DNA of 64,000 nucleotides from Fidelibacterota bacterium (GTDB lineage Bacteria; Fidelibacterota; Marinisomatia; Marinisomatales; Marinisomataceae), in contig JBJKZL010000004.1 in assembly GCA_045560295.1 (NCBI GenBank), positions 132,566 to 196,565 of the forward strand. Direction: 5' to 3'. Below are positions 55,666 through 64,000 of this stretch, one piece after another (position 1 is the stretch's first letter; each line of letters starts with the position of its first letter). The translations under genes and the position numbers were made by a program. A model generated the notes under the pieces. The model had not been told where the DNA came from. It saw nothing but the letters and a program-made list of their open reading frames with translations, and did no database searches.

Positions 55666-56295
55666 GTAGAGAAAAAAATTGCATTATTAAAGGAAAGACT
55701 TAATGCAGATACTTTACTTCCTGGATGGAATAGCCAAAAAAAAATGGCTGTAATTCCAATCAACAGTATTACAGCTAAAGCTTTTACACCACCAGCAGAT
55801 GCTAAGCAAGCTAGTGTTGCTATTATACTCTTTGAAAAAGACGGAGATCTTTCATTCTTATTGACGAAACGAACATCAAATGTTGAACATCACAAAGGAC
55901 AGATTTCTTTACCAGGCGGCGCTATTGACTCGGGGGAAACATCAAAAAATGCTTCATTGCGTGAATCAAATGAAGAAATTGGAATAGATATTGCATCGTT
56001 GCGTTTAGTTGGGAATCTTTCAACATTATATACCCCTGTATCACATTTTAATATTCATGTCTACGTTTGGTTTTCAAATCAACGCCCTAAAATAACAGTT
56101 AATCAAAGTGAAGTTGAAGAGGTGTATGAAATCAGTATCAAAGAACTTCTTAAAGAAGAGATTCATTCAACAACACGAATTTCTAAAGCAGGAATGAATA
56201 TAAATGTACCTGCTTTCCGTTTCTTAAACTGCGTTTGTTGGGGAGCTACAGCAATGATTATATCGGAGCTAAAAGATATTTTAAAAAATATTTAA
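55660..56295 (+). CDS. NUDIX hydrolase, CoA pyrophosphatase-like
   Basis: Nudix box GGAIDSGETSKNASLRESNEEIGI preceded by the CoA-type motif FLLTKRTSNVEHHKGQISLPGG. The start is at 55660 (MKVEKK) or 55654 (MVMKVEKK). Confidence 0.8.
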   Translation: MKVEKKIALLKERLNADTLLPGWNSQKKMAVIPINSITAKAFTPPADAKQASVAIILFEKDGDLSFLLTKRTSNVEHHKGQISLPGGAIDSGETSKNASLRESNEEIGIDIASLRLVGNLSTLYTPVSHFNIHVYVWFSNQRPKITVNQSEVEEVYEISIKELLKEEIHSTTRISKAGMNINVPAFRFLNCVCWGATAMIISELKDILKNI

Positions 56296-57155
56296 AGTTT
56301 AACAGGACGACCAGCTTTTCTCCACATAAATGATACTAATATAAGTGTAAACAGCCAACTCAAAATTTCAGTAGTTGTTGGATTGCCGTTATATCCAAAA
56401 AATCCTTTAAATAGCTGACCTACAGCTCCTTTATCGCTAAACAATGGTTTTGGGATTCCATTATCATCAATATTAAATCCAAAAACAGGGCCACTATCAT
56501 TAATATTCCATATCTCCATTTTTTTCATTTCATCTTTGGTATAAAATGCTTCCTCAAATTCATGAACACCGTAAGCAACAAGCCCTGCACATACAAAAAT
56601 TAACAGAATTGATGTAACGTTGAAGAATTTTTTTAATGGGACTTTTTTACCTTGAATAAATATTGAATATCCAATCATTAATGCTACAAGCGAACCAAAT
56701 ATAGATCCCCCAATTGAAAGACCGTCAGATTGAATTAATATAGCATACATAAAAAGTACAACTTCAACTCCTTCTCTAAATATTGCAAAAAATGTTAAAG
56801 CAAAAAGACCTAGTGAAACATTTTTATCTTGATCAATAATATCTGAAGCTTCTTTTTCAAGACTAGCTGCAACATTTTTATTTCTACCCATCCAAATGAT
56901 CATTGTTGATAGTAGAAATGCTGCTATAAGCATCGTTGTTCCTTCAAATAAAGCAGCTTGTTTTCCTTCAAAGCCACCATAAGTTATTTGGAATATTACT
57001 GCAAAGATTGCAGTAGCAATGAAAGAAGCAACTATACCATTAGTAATACTTTTTTTGAGATGTAACTTTCCAGTTTTTACAATAAATGTATAAAGAATTC
57101 CTACAACTAGAACCCCTTCAAGCACTTCTCTGAACATAATTAAAAATTCACTCAT
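56292..57155 (-). CDS. FTR1-family high-affinity iron permease
   Basis: 287 aa and about 7 TM helices with two REXXE iron-binding motifs (FREVLEGV and FREGVEVV). Confidence 0.85.
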   Translation of the reverse strand: MSEFLIMFREVLEGVLVVGILYTFIVKTGKLHLKKSITNGIVASFIATAIFAVIFQITYGGFEGKQAALFEGTTMLIAAFLLSTMIIWMGRNKNVAASLEKEASDIIDQDKNVSLGLFALTFFAIFREGVEVVLFMYAILIQSDGLSIGGSIFGSLVALMIGYSIFIQGKKVPLKKFFNVTSILLIFVCAGLVAYGVHEFEEAFYTKDEMKKMEIWNINDSGPVFGFNIDDNGIPKPLFSDKGAVGQLFKGFFGYNGNPTTTEILSWLFTLILVSFMWRKAGRPVKL

Positions 57156-57195
57156 ATTTTCCCCTTTTGAGATTTAATCTCAATGTTAGGTTGAT

Positions 57196-57224
57196 AATAT
57201 AAATAAAAATTTATAATTCGTCAA
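57196..57224 (-). promoter_or_regulatory. Sigma-70-like promoter (TTGACG-N17-TATATT) for FTR1, with an AT-rich inverted repeat in the spacer
   Basis: Minus-strand TTGACG at 57224..57219 and TATATT at 57201..57196. The spacer holds ataaat-N4-atttat (57198-57213), adjacent to a gataat hexamer at 57193-57198. Confidence 0.45.
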
Positions 57225-57247
57225 AGAGAGTATCTAATTTATTAACA

Positions 57248-57691
57248 TTATTCAACAATCATATAGCCACGCATCGATCCCGCATGAGCAATATAAGTAC
57301 AAACATATAAATATCTACCTGGCTTTGAAGGTGCTGTGAATTCAATAAATGTCTCTTCTTGCTTATCAGCTAATGGTGTCATTGCTAAAATTCTTCCATC
57401 AGCATATGGTTCTCCACCATTGCCTTCAGCTAATTGAATGATCATTGGAGCAGCTGATTCATCTTTTAAAATTACAACATTATGAAGCATTGCTCCCATA
57501 AAGTCGGATGGCGTGTTATTTTTCATAACAACCTTTACTTTAGAGCCGCTTTTAACGGTGAATTCTTCCACATCAAATTTCATTTCTGCGCCTAAAGAAC
57601 CAATATTAACTACAGTAGCTTCAGCGGAAGATCCTCCTCCACATGCAGCTAGAATCAAGATTGATGTTATTGCGAATATTTTTTTGAACAT
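57248..57691 (-). CDS. Azurin-like type-1 copper protein (cupredoxin), lipoprotein
   Basis: Lipobox LILAAC. Ligand pattern: His in GAMLHNVVI (compare azurin MGHNWVL) and C-x4-H-x3-M in YVCTYIAHAGSMRG (compare azurin FCTFPGHSALMKG). Confidence 0.8.
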   Translation of the reverse strand: MFKKIFAITSILILAACGGGSSAEATVVNIGSLGAEMKFDVEEFTVKSGSKVKVVMKNNTPSDFMGAMLHNVVILKDESAAPMIIQLAEGNGGEPYADGRILAMTPLADKQEETFIEFTAPSKPGRYLYVCTYIAHAGSMRGYMIVE

Positions 57692-57736
57692 TTTAATTTC
57701 CCCTTTTTTTGTTAAACCTAACCGGTAGGCTGGCCA

Positions 57737-57765
57737 ATTTTATAACAGAAAAAATCTAGTAGCAA
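57737..57765 (-). promoter_or_regulatory. Sigma-70-like promoter (TTGCTA-N17-TAAAAT) for the cupredoxin gene
   Basis: Minus-strand TTGCTA at 57765..57760, a 17-nt spacer, and TAAAAT at 57742..57737. Confidence 0.4.
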
Positions 57766-57769
57766 ACGA

Positions 57770-58066
57770 TTAGTACCTGAGAATTTCAATATTATTGCCT
57801 GAGCGATCTTTGATATAAACTGAAACTGATCCATCTCGGTGAGTAACAGGTTCTCCATAGCTCTCAACATCATCTTTTAATATTGCAAAGTGGAAAGGAT
57901 GTTGGTCGGGAAGTACCAATGCTAACTTAACATTTTCAAATTCAAGCATCGCCCAGGAATCATCCTGATAAAGAATGTCACAAGTAAAATTATCTATATA
58001 CCATGATACTGATTTTGCAATATCATCAGTACAAAGTGCTAAATGATCTATAATATCTTTTTTCAT
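57770..58066 (-). CDS. Glyoxalase/bleomycin-resistance/dioxygenase (VOC) superfamily protein
   Basis: 98 aa, a single VOC module (IDHLALCTDDIAKSVSWY...FHFAI...). Confidence 0.6.
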   Translation of the reverse strand: MKKDIIDHLALCTDDIAKSVSWYIDNFTCDILYQDDSWAMLEFENVKLALVLPDQHPFHFAILKDDVESYGEPVTHRDGSVSVYIKDRSGNNIEILRY

Positions 58067-58114
58067 AAGATTGCTAGTGAATCTTAATAAAACTATATGT
58101 ATTTTGGTAGTACT

Positions 58115-58729
58115 ATGAATGATAAAATTCCAATTTTCCCACTACCTTTAGTACTCCTCCCAGGCGAAAAACTGCCTTTACATATCTTTGAAGAAAAATA
58201 TAAAAAAATGATTGAATATTGTCTGAAAAACAATCAGAAATTCGGTATTATAAATTCAAAAAATAGCGATTCTTTAGTGATTGGATGTACAGCTTCCATA
58301 GAGCAATTGGTCGGTGGCGAAAATGATAGTAGGGAATACGATATCTTAGTATCTGGTGTAGAAAGATTTATTGTTAAGAGTTACAATACTTCTGAACCTT
58401 ACAAGCAAGCATATGTAAAAACATGGAACGATATTGATGACACGATTGACCAGACATTATTACAAGAAGCTAATGTTTTTCTATATGAAGTATTATTGAA
58501 GTTAGGAGCGTCATCTAAGATTCCGCAGATTAATGTTCCGAAAAGCTCTTTTGAAATAGCTTCAATGCTAGACATTGATAAGAGAGCAAAAAAAATTCTT
58601 TTAAAAAGTCAGTCAGAAAACGATCGTTTAATTGTTTTAAAAAGAATATTAAAGAAAGCAATTATCAAGATTGACTACGAAGATCCTGCTAGATCTGGAT
58701 ATCCTAGCTATGCACAATTTGAAGCATAA
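58115..58729 (+). CDS. LON N-terminal (substrate-binding) domain protein
   Basis: IPIFPLPLVLLPGEKLPLHIFEEKYKKMI is the characteristic start of the LON/PUA-like N-domain. I prefer the start at M7 of the track ORF. Confidence 0.7.
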   Translation: MNDKIPIFPLPLVLLPGEKLPLHIFEEKYKKMIEYCLKNNQKFGIINSKNSDSLVIGCTASIEQLVGGENDSREYDILVSGVERFIVKSYNTSEPYKQAYVKTWNDIDDTIDQTLLQEANVFLYEVLLKLGASSKIPQINVPKSSFEIASMLDIDKRAKKILLKSQSENDRLIVLKRILKKAIIKIDYEDPARSGYPSYAQFEA

Positions 58730-58734
58730 TTATT

Positions 58735-61700
58735 TTAATTGGCCTTCTTAAACAGTCTTTCTAAAAGCAGAATAAAGTCATCAATAACCACATAAGCAAC
58801 AGGAACAAGCAGTAATATGATACTTGTTGCAAATAATATTCCAACCCCAAGTGAGATAGCCATAGGCTTTAAAAATAATACCTGCGTACTTTGATTCAAT
58901 AATAATGGAACAATACCTAAGAATGTTGTCATCGAAGTTAGTACAACTGGTCTGAATCTTGTACGGACTGCATCTAGGACAGCTTTTTTAGTTTCCACAC
59001 CTTTTTCTTTAGCTCTATTTACAAATACAACTAAAAGAAGACTGTCATTTACTACCACTCCAGATAGTGCGATCACACCAAGTAGAGATAACACTGACAT
59101 TGGCTGATTAAATAGTAAGTGTCCAAGAATTGCACCTACTACGCCAAATGGAATTGCTGATAGTACGATCAATGGTTTAAAATATGATTTAAGTGGAATC
59201 GCAAGCAGTACATAAATAACAAAAATTGCTATACTAAATTTTAATAATATATCATCAAGCTGTTCACTTTGTTCAGCTGGCTCTCCTGCTAGTGCAAAAT
59301 CTACTCCAGGAGTTTTATCCATAACCTTTTTAAGTTTGCCCATTGGTTGTCCTTCAAATGGACCACCGGGCCATACAATTGTTTGTAAGATCATAGAAGA
59401 GGTATTTTTAGAAACATCAACATCGGAGGTTACTTCGATAACACGCTTTCCATCCACACGAACAATCGTTGCTTTTCCTTCTACTTCTTTAACATTTGCA
59501 ACAGCATAGAGTGGAACCTTAATTCCTTGAGCAGTTCGTATTCTCATGTTTTCTAGTGTTACAAGGCTATCGCGCTCATCTTTAGGTAGCTTTAACATAA
59601 CCTTAATATCATCATCCGCTCTCTGAATGCGCTGTACTTCTTCACCAAAGAATGCTTGCCTTACCTGACGCGCAATATCCATAGCAGTAATGCCATACAC
59701 CTCGGCAGAAGGTAATAGTTCAATTTGTAATTCATTTTTACCTTTGGTGTCAGTATCTGCTAAATCATAGACACCTGCAAAACCAGAAAGTAATACTCGC
59801 GTATCAGCAACAACTTGATTCAATTTTTCAAAACTGTCTCCTGAAAATTCAAAGTGAATTGATTTACCAGCAGTAAAAATATTAGCACTGTAATTCAGTC
59901 GCTCTACACCTGGTATAGTCCCAATACGTGAACGAAGTTTATCAATAACATCGTATGCACCAGTTAATCCCCATCTGCTATCTGCAGGAGTAAGCACAAC
60001 TACAACCTCACCAAGATGCGGTGTTGATGAAGATGTAATAGAACCACCACTAGGACTATTCTCAGATTCGGAATTTGCAAAGTAATGCTTCCCAACAGTT
60101 GTTAAGACATGAGAAATAATTATTTCTGGCTCATTTGTATTTAATTCTTGTTTGAGTTGAAGAGCTTCGCTTTCAATAATTTCAGTAATAGCTTGCGTTT
60201 TCTCTATTGGAGAACCTTCTGGTAATTCGAATACAATTCCAACCTCTTCAGACTCGAGCACAGGAAAGAATTGCCATTTTACTAATCCTCCAGCAAGCAA
60301 AGAAAGAGTCATAATCATCATTCCTATAAAAACTGAAATAGTGACGTATCTACTAATAATAGATTTTTTAACAAGAGGAACCCAAAAATTATCTACAAAT
60401 AAATAAAGTCTTTTTGAACAATAATTTCTTATTGCTTTTAATTTTTTACCAAAGCCTACAAAACTTGTCTGGAACCATTCACCTGCATGATATAAGTGGG
60501 CTGGTAAAATCGTTGTAGATTCTATAAGTGAGAATACTAAAATTGGAATAGCAGTTAATGGAAATACTTTCCAAATATCGCCAGTTTGTCCAGCTAGATC
60601 AAGCATAGGTGCAAACACAACAATTGTTGTTAATACTCCAAAAAAGACAGGAATTAATACTTCCATTGTACCTTTAATAGTTGAATCCATATTATTTTCT
60701 TTAAGTTTAACGCGCCTCCTAAAAACATTTTCTCCTACAATGATGGCATCATCAACTACAATACCTAACACAACAATAAACATGAATGCGGATAAAACAT
60801 TTACGGTAACACCAATTAGTGGAAGTATAATTAATGCCCCTCCAAAAGAGATTGGAATACCCATTGACACCCAGAATGCTACAGATGGCCTCAAAAACAT
60901 TGTTAAAAGAAGTAATACCAAAACTATTCCAATAGCAAAATTTCTATATAATAAATTAATACGATCTTGGAGATAGCGTGCTTGGTCATACCAATAATCA
61001 ATACTCACATTTGGAGGCATATCTAACTGTTTACTCTTAACATATTTTCTTAATTGTTCAGCAGCTACAAGTACATCTTGATCACCAACTAAATTTGCAC
61101 TAATAAACATTGCTTGGACGCCATCCCACCTATAATAACTTTCTACATCAATAAAGCCATCCGTAATAGTAGCTATGTCCTTTAGCAGTAATTGACTGCC
61201 ATCAGGCTGCCCTTTAATGACGATATTTTCATATTCATTAGCATTATAAGACTGTCCAACCGTTCTAATTAATAGATCACCGCTTTTACTTGATAATAAT
61301 CCACCCGGTAAGTCAATTGAACCTGCATTAATTGCCATAGTTATTTGATCAAAGCTTAGATTGTACTTTTCAAGATTTTTTTCGGACACCTCTATGGTAA
61401 TTTCCTTATCTCTGTCTCCGTTAATTTCGGTAAACGAAACTTCGCTCAGCTCTTTCATTTCTTTGTTTACTTGCTTAGTAATGTTTAATAATACCCGTTC
61501 ATCAACATCTCCATAAACAATGACATCTAGAACTTTTTCGGTAGGTTCCAGCTTACTAACGACAGGAGCTTCACTGTTTTGTGGGAATGTGCTTATACCA
61601 TCCATGATTGTTTTCACATCATCTAGAGTGGTATCAATTTCACCACTATCAAAAACTTGTATAGTAACTAGTCCAGCACCCTCAAGTGAGTATGATCTTA

Positions 61701-61944
61701 ATTTTTTAATATTAGAAATACCTTGAAGTCTATCTTCTATTTTTGAGGAAATTGAAGACTCTACTTCTTTTGCAGATGCTCCAGGATAAGGAACGCTAAT
61801 TGTAATAGTTGAAAGATCTGGAATAGGAAAAAACTCAGACTTCATTGTTGGATATGACACAAAGAATCCACCAAAAATTAAAAAAAACATAAATAGGTTC
61901 GCAGGGACACTATTCTTAACGAACCAAGTAACTATGCCTCTCAT
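58735..61944 (-). CDS. RND efflux transporter permease (AcrB/CzcA superfamily)
   Basis: 1069 aa with 12-TM RND architecture and two large periplasmic loops. It is the third gene of an OMP-MFP-RND operon. Confidence 0.92.
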   Translation of the reverse strand: MRGIVTWFVKNSVPANLFMFFLIFGGFFVSYPTMKSEFFPIPDLSTITISVPYPGASAKEVESSISSKIEDRLQGISNIKKLRSYSLEGAGLVTIQVFDSGEIDTTLDDVKTIMDGISTFPQNSEAPVVSKLEPTEKVLDVIVYGDVDERVLLNITKQVNKEMKELSEVSFTEINGDRDKEITIEVSEKNLEKYNLSFDQITMAINAGSIDLPGGLLSSKSGDLLIRTVGQSYNANEYENIVIKGQPDGSQLLLKDIATITDGFIDVESYYRWDGVQAMFISANLVGDQDVLVAAEQLRKYVKSKQLDMPPNVSIDYWYDQARYLQDRINLLYRNFAIGIVLVLLLLTMFLRPSVAFWVSMGIPISFGGALIILPLIGVTVNVLSAFMFIVVLGIVVDDAIIVGENVFRRRVKLKENNMDSTIKGTMEVLIPVFFGVLTTIVVFAPMLDLAGQTGDIWKVFPLTAIPILVFSLIESTTILPAHLYHAGEWFQTSFVGFGKKLKAIRNYCSKRLYLFVDNFWVPLVKKSIISRYVTISVFIGMMIMTLSLLAGGLVKWQFFPVLESEEVGIVFELPEGSPIEKTQAITEIIESEALQLKQELNTNEPEIIISHVLTTVGKHYFANSESENSPSGGSITSSSTPHLGEVVVVLTPADSRWGLTGAYDVIDKLRSRIGTIPGVERLNYSANIFTAGKSIHFEFSGDSFEKLNQVVADTRVLLSGFAGVYDLADTDTKGKNELQIELLPSAEVYGITAMDIARQVRQAFFGEEVQRIQRADDDIKVMLKLPKDERDSLVTLENMRIRTAQGIKVPLYAVANVKEVEGKATIVRVDGKRVIEVTSDVDVSKNTSSMILQTIVWPGGPFEGQPMGKLKKVMDKTPGVDFALAGEPAEQSEQLDDILLKFSIAIFVIYVLLAIPLKSYFKPLIVLSAIPFGVVGAILGHLLFNQPMSVLSLLGVIALSGVVVNDSLLLVVFVNRAKEKGVETKKAVLDAVRTRFRPVVLTSMTTFLGIVPLLLNQSTQVLFLKPMAISLGVGILFATSIILLLVPVAYVVIDDFILLLERLFKKAN

Positions 61945-63086
61945 TACTGATATCGTGGGTTGACTAGCATTCCATTAGTTGCAATGCTTAGTTTAGATAC
62001 AACCACCCTTTCACCTGCTTTCATTCCTTCTTTTACTAAAATATGATTTTTCATTTTAGTCAGGATGCTTACTTTTCTTATTTCTAAAGCATCATCTTGA
62101 TTTAAAAACAAGAGTTCGTCATTGGGAGTTAATGCAGAATTTGGTATCATAAAAATATCTTCCAACTGTTTTCCGTTGATTTCTGCTTCAACAAATAAAC
62201 CAATTGGCAATATAGGCTTTGTTTCTTCAATAAAATTATTTTTGAAATTTGCAATTAACTTAATCATTCGGGTCATTGGATCAATAACACCATCAACACG
62301 CTCTAAATTACCAGCCCATTCTTGCATTTCACCTTTATATAGAGATTTAATGACTACAATAGACTTTTGATCAGGGTTTAATTTTCTGCCGTCCATTGGT
62401 ATATCTAAAAATTGCAAATCACTATCTTTAACTGAAAGAGTAACTTCAATTTCATTCGAAGTATACATTGATCCTACTGGTTGGCCAGGGATAATAGTAG
62501 AACCTAAATCAATGTTAATATTTTGTATTCGTCCTGTATATGGAGCAGTAATTTCTGTTTTATTTAGTTTTTTTTCTGCTGATTGCACTTGAGCTTTTGC
62601 AACTTCCAATGCTGCTTTTGCTTGTTTTAACTGTGGTTTTTTAGTTGTCAGTTCTTGCGGAATTCCTTCACCAACTTGGTCCCAAGCTTCTTGAGCTATT
62701 TCTGCTTCCGCTTGTTGAACTGCAAATTGCACTTCTGCACTTGCTAATTGAAGTAGTGCATTTTTATACTGAAGCTGTAAGTCAGTATCATCGATTTTAG
62801 CTAAAATCTCTCCACTAATAACAGAAGATCCTTCTGAGAATTTCTTAGAACGATAAATAACCTCTCCACCTACTTCAGAGGTTAAGACTGTTTGTGTGAT
62901 AGGGGTTGTAGTACCGGTTGATTTTATTTTTATTTGATAGTCAATAGGTGTCAAAATTTGGACATTGACATCCATAGGGTCTTTCTCTTGAATAGCATCA
63001 GGAGATATTTGGCCTAACATGTATAGTACAGCTGCTATAGCTGTAGAAATACCTATAATTATTAATGGTCTTAAATATTTAATCAT
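61944..63086 (-). CDS. RND efflux periplasmic adaptor (membrane fusion protein, HlyD family)
   Basis: 380 aa with an N-terminal anchor, a coiled-coil hairpin (QLQYKNALLQLASAEVQFAVQQAEAE...AKAALEVAKAQVQSAEKKL) and a lipoyl/beta-barrel domain. It overlaps the neighbours on both sides. Confidence 0.85.
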   Translation of the reverse strand: MIKYLRPLIIIGISTAIAAVLYMLGQISPDAIQEKDPMDVNVQILTPIDYQIKIKSTGTTTPITQTVLTSEVGGEVIYRSKKFSEGSSVISGEILAKIDDTDLQLQYKNALLQLASAEVQFAVQQAEAEIAQEAWDQVGEGIPQELTTKKPQLKQAKAALEVAKAQVQSAEKKLNKTEITAPYTGRIQNINIDLGSTIIPGQPVGSMYTSNEIEVTLSVKDSDLQFLDIPMDGRKLNPDQKSIVVIKSLYKGEMQEWAGNLERVDGVIDPMTRMIKLIANFKNNFIEETKPILPIGLFVEAEINGKQLEDIFMIPNSALTPNDELLFLNQDDALEIRKVSILTKMKNHILVKEGMKAGERVVVSKLSIATNGMLVNPRYQ

Positions 63087-64000
63087 TGTTTGTAAGTAAA
63101 CCCTCCTCCAAGTGCCAATATTAAGTTTATTCTTTGTTCAATCCGAATTCTTTCTGTTGTAGCAAGCATGTTTTTATTATCAAAAAGTGCATTATTTGCA
63201 TTAATAACATCTTCTATGCTTGAAACACCTTTTTCAAATTCATCAAAAGTAGTACTATAAATAGATTCAGATAGTATAATGTTATCTTTCAATAGATTTA
63301 AAGATAATTGTGTACTTCTATCAAACTCTAGTCCTGATTCTACCTCCTTATAAGCATTCAATAAATTATTTACAAACTCTAACATGGCAATTTCTTTATT
63401 ATTTTTTGCAATTTTTTTATTAGCTACTAGTTTTCCTGCGTTAAAAATTGGAGCAAATACGTTAACCCCTTTACTCCAAACACTAAAATCGTCATTCAAT
63501 AAGTCTTGAACATTGCTAGATGCTCCAGTCGAACCAACCAAGCTAAAAGAAGGGTATAGTGATCGAAGAGCTTGCTTATTAAGTGCCTTCGATGCTAATA
63601 AATTATATTGTGATGCTATTAAATCTGGACGTCTTTTTACAATATCAGCTGGAAGTAAGTAGGGTAAGTTAGGAATTGATTCCGGAAAATCTTTGGCAGT
63701 CTCCAATTCTAGATTAGGATATTCTTTAATTAATACTCTAGCTTCACGAATTAAAGATTTAGAGATACTTTTTTTATTTTCTAAATCACTCTTTGTAAGG
63801 TTGAGCATTAGTTCAGATTGTTGCAGAGCCTTCAATGAAATAACTCCTTTATTATATCGACTAGTATATAAATCAAAAATAATTTTTGCATTACCATATT
63901 TCTTTTCAGCATTTGCTGCTAATTGCTTTGCTTCAATAATTGAGAAATATAGCTTAGTAGCTTCTGACGTAAGTGAGAATTGATAGTATGTATAGTTATA
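63083..64000 (-). CDS. TolC-like outer membrane efflux protein (5' end beyond the window edge)
   Basis: The C-terminal OEP repeat is present (RRPDLIASQYNLLAS..., LALGGGF). The reading frame stays open from 63835 to 64000 by my hand translation (...YNYTYYQFSLTSEATKLYFSIIEAKQLAANAEKKYGNAKIIFDLYTSRYNKGVIS-LKALQQ...). The TTG at 63835 in the ORF track is therefore internal. Confidence 0.85.
   Translation of the reverse strand, partial: YNYTYYQFSLTSEATKLYFSIIEAKQLAANAEKKYGNAKIIFDLYTSRYNKGVISLKALQQSELMLNLTKSDLENKKSISKSLIREARVLIKEYPNLELETAKDFPESIPNLPYLLPADIVKRRPDLIASQYNLLASKALNKQALRSLYPSFSLVGSTGASSNVQDLLNDDFSVWSKGVNVFAPIFNAGKLVANKKIAKNNKEIAMLEFVNNLLNAYKEVESGLEFDRSTQLSLNLLKDNIILSESIYSTTFDEFEKGVSSIEDVINANNALFDNKNMLATTERIRIEQRINLILALGGGFTYKQ

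Noticed and set aside
1-64000. CRISPR arrays, IS elements/transposases, integrases, prophage genes, and toxin-antitoxin or defence-system gene pairs.
   Set aside because: None found. There are no regularly spaced direct repeats and no transposase- or integrase-like ORFs. Every ORF over 100 aa outside the shadow frames is accounted for by the annotations above.

Overview
AT-rich, very tightly packed bacterial chromosome segment. Many genes overlap by 1-4 nt, several convergent gene pairs have no spacer between their stop codons, and there is almost no intergenic DNA. No mobile elements, CRISPR arrays or rRNA were seen. Most of the content is housekeeping: recO, ftsB, eno, a cell-wall amidase, folC, rho, an aminotransferase, L31 type B, prfA-prmC-dnaE, ligA, carAB, gcvP, tRNA-Lys(UUU), tmRNA, argS, rsfS, mnmA, glyQS, topA and hisS. 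Envelope and nutrient-acquisition genes are interspersed: a TonB-dependent receptor, a lipoprotein gamma-glutamyltransferase, a Tat-exported flavin amine oxidase, an FTR1 iron permease next to an azurin-like cupredoxin, an LptD-like giant outer membrane protein, and a TolC-MFP-RND efflux operon. Three traits fit a streamlined marine member of the FCB group or a related lineage: the dimeric glyQS-type GlyRS, a receptor with an N-terminal carboxypeptidase-regulatory-like domain, and zinc-free TopA C-terminal repeats. I cannot assign taxonomy from sequence alone. The best candidate for something undescribed is the locus at 3496-4232. It holds a near-consensus promoter, a ~105-nt leader ending in a strong intrinsic terminator (with an embedded 33-codon ORF), and then two paralogous ~70-aa glycine-rich two-helix membrane proteins. 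Each of these has a strong Shine-Dalgarno site and its own downstream hairpin. Secondary candidates are the receptor / GGT / FGase-like lipoprotein cluster, the glycerophosphodiesterase plus Tat amine oxidase pair, the azurin-like cupredoxin plus FTR1 pair, an orphan terminator between tRNA-Lys and tmRNA, and a divergent gene pair whose start codons sit in the arms of an inverted repeat.
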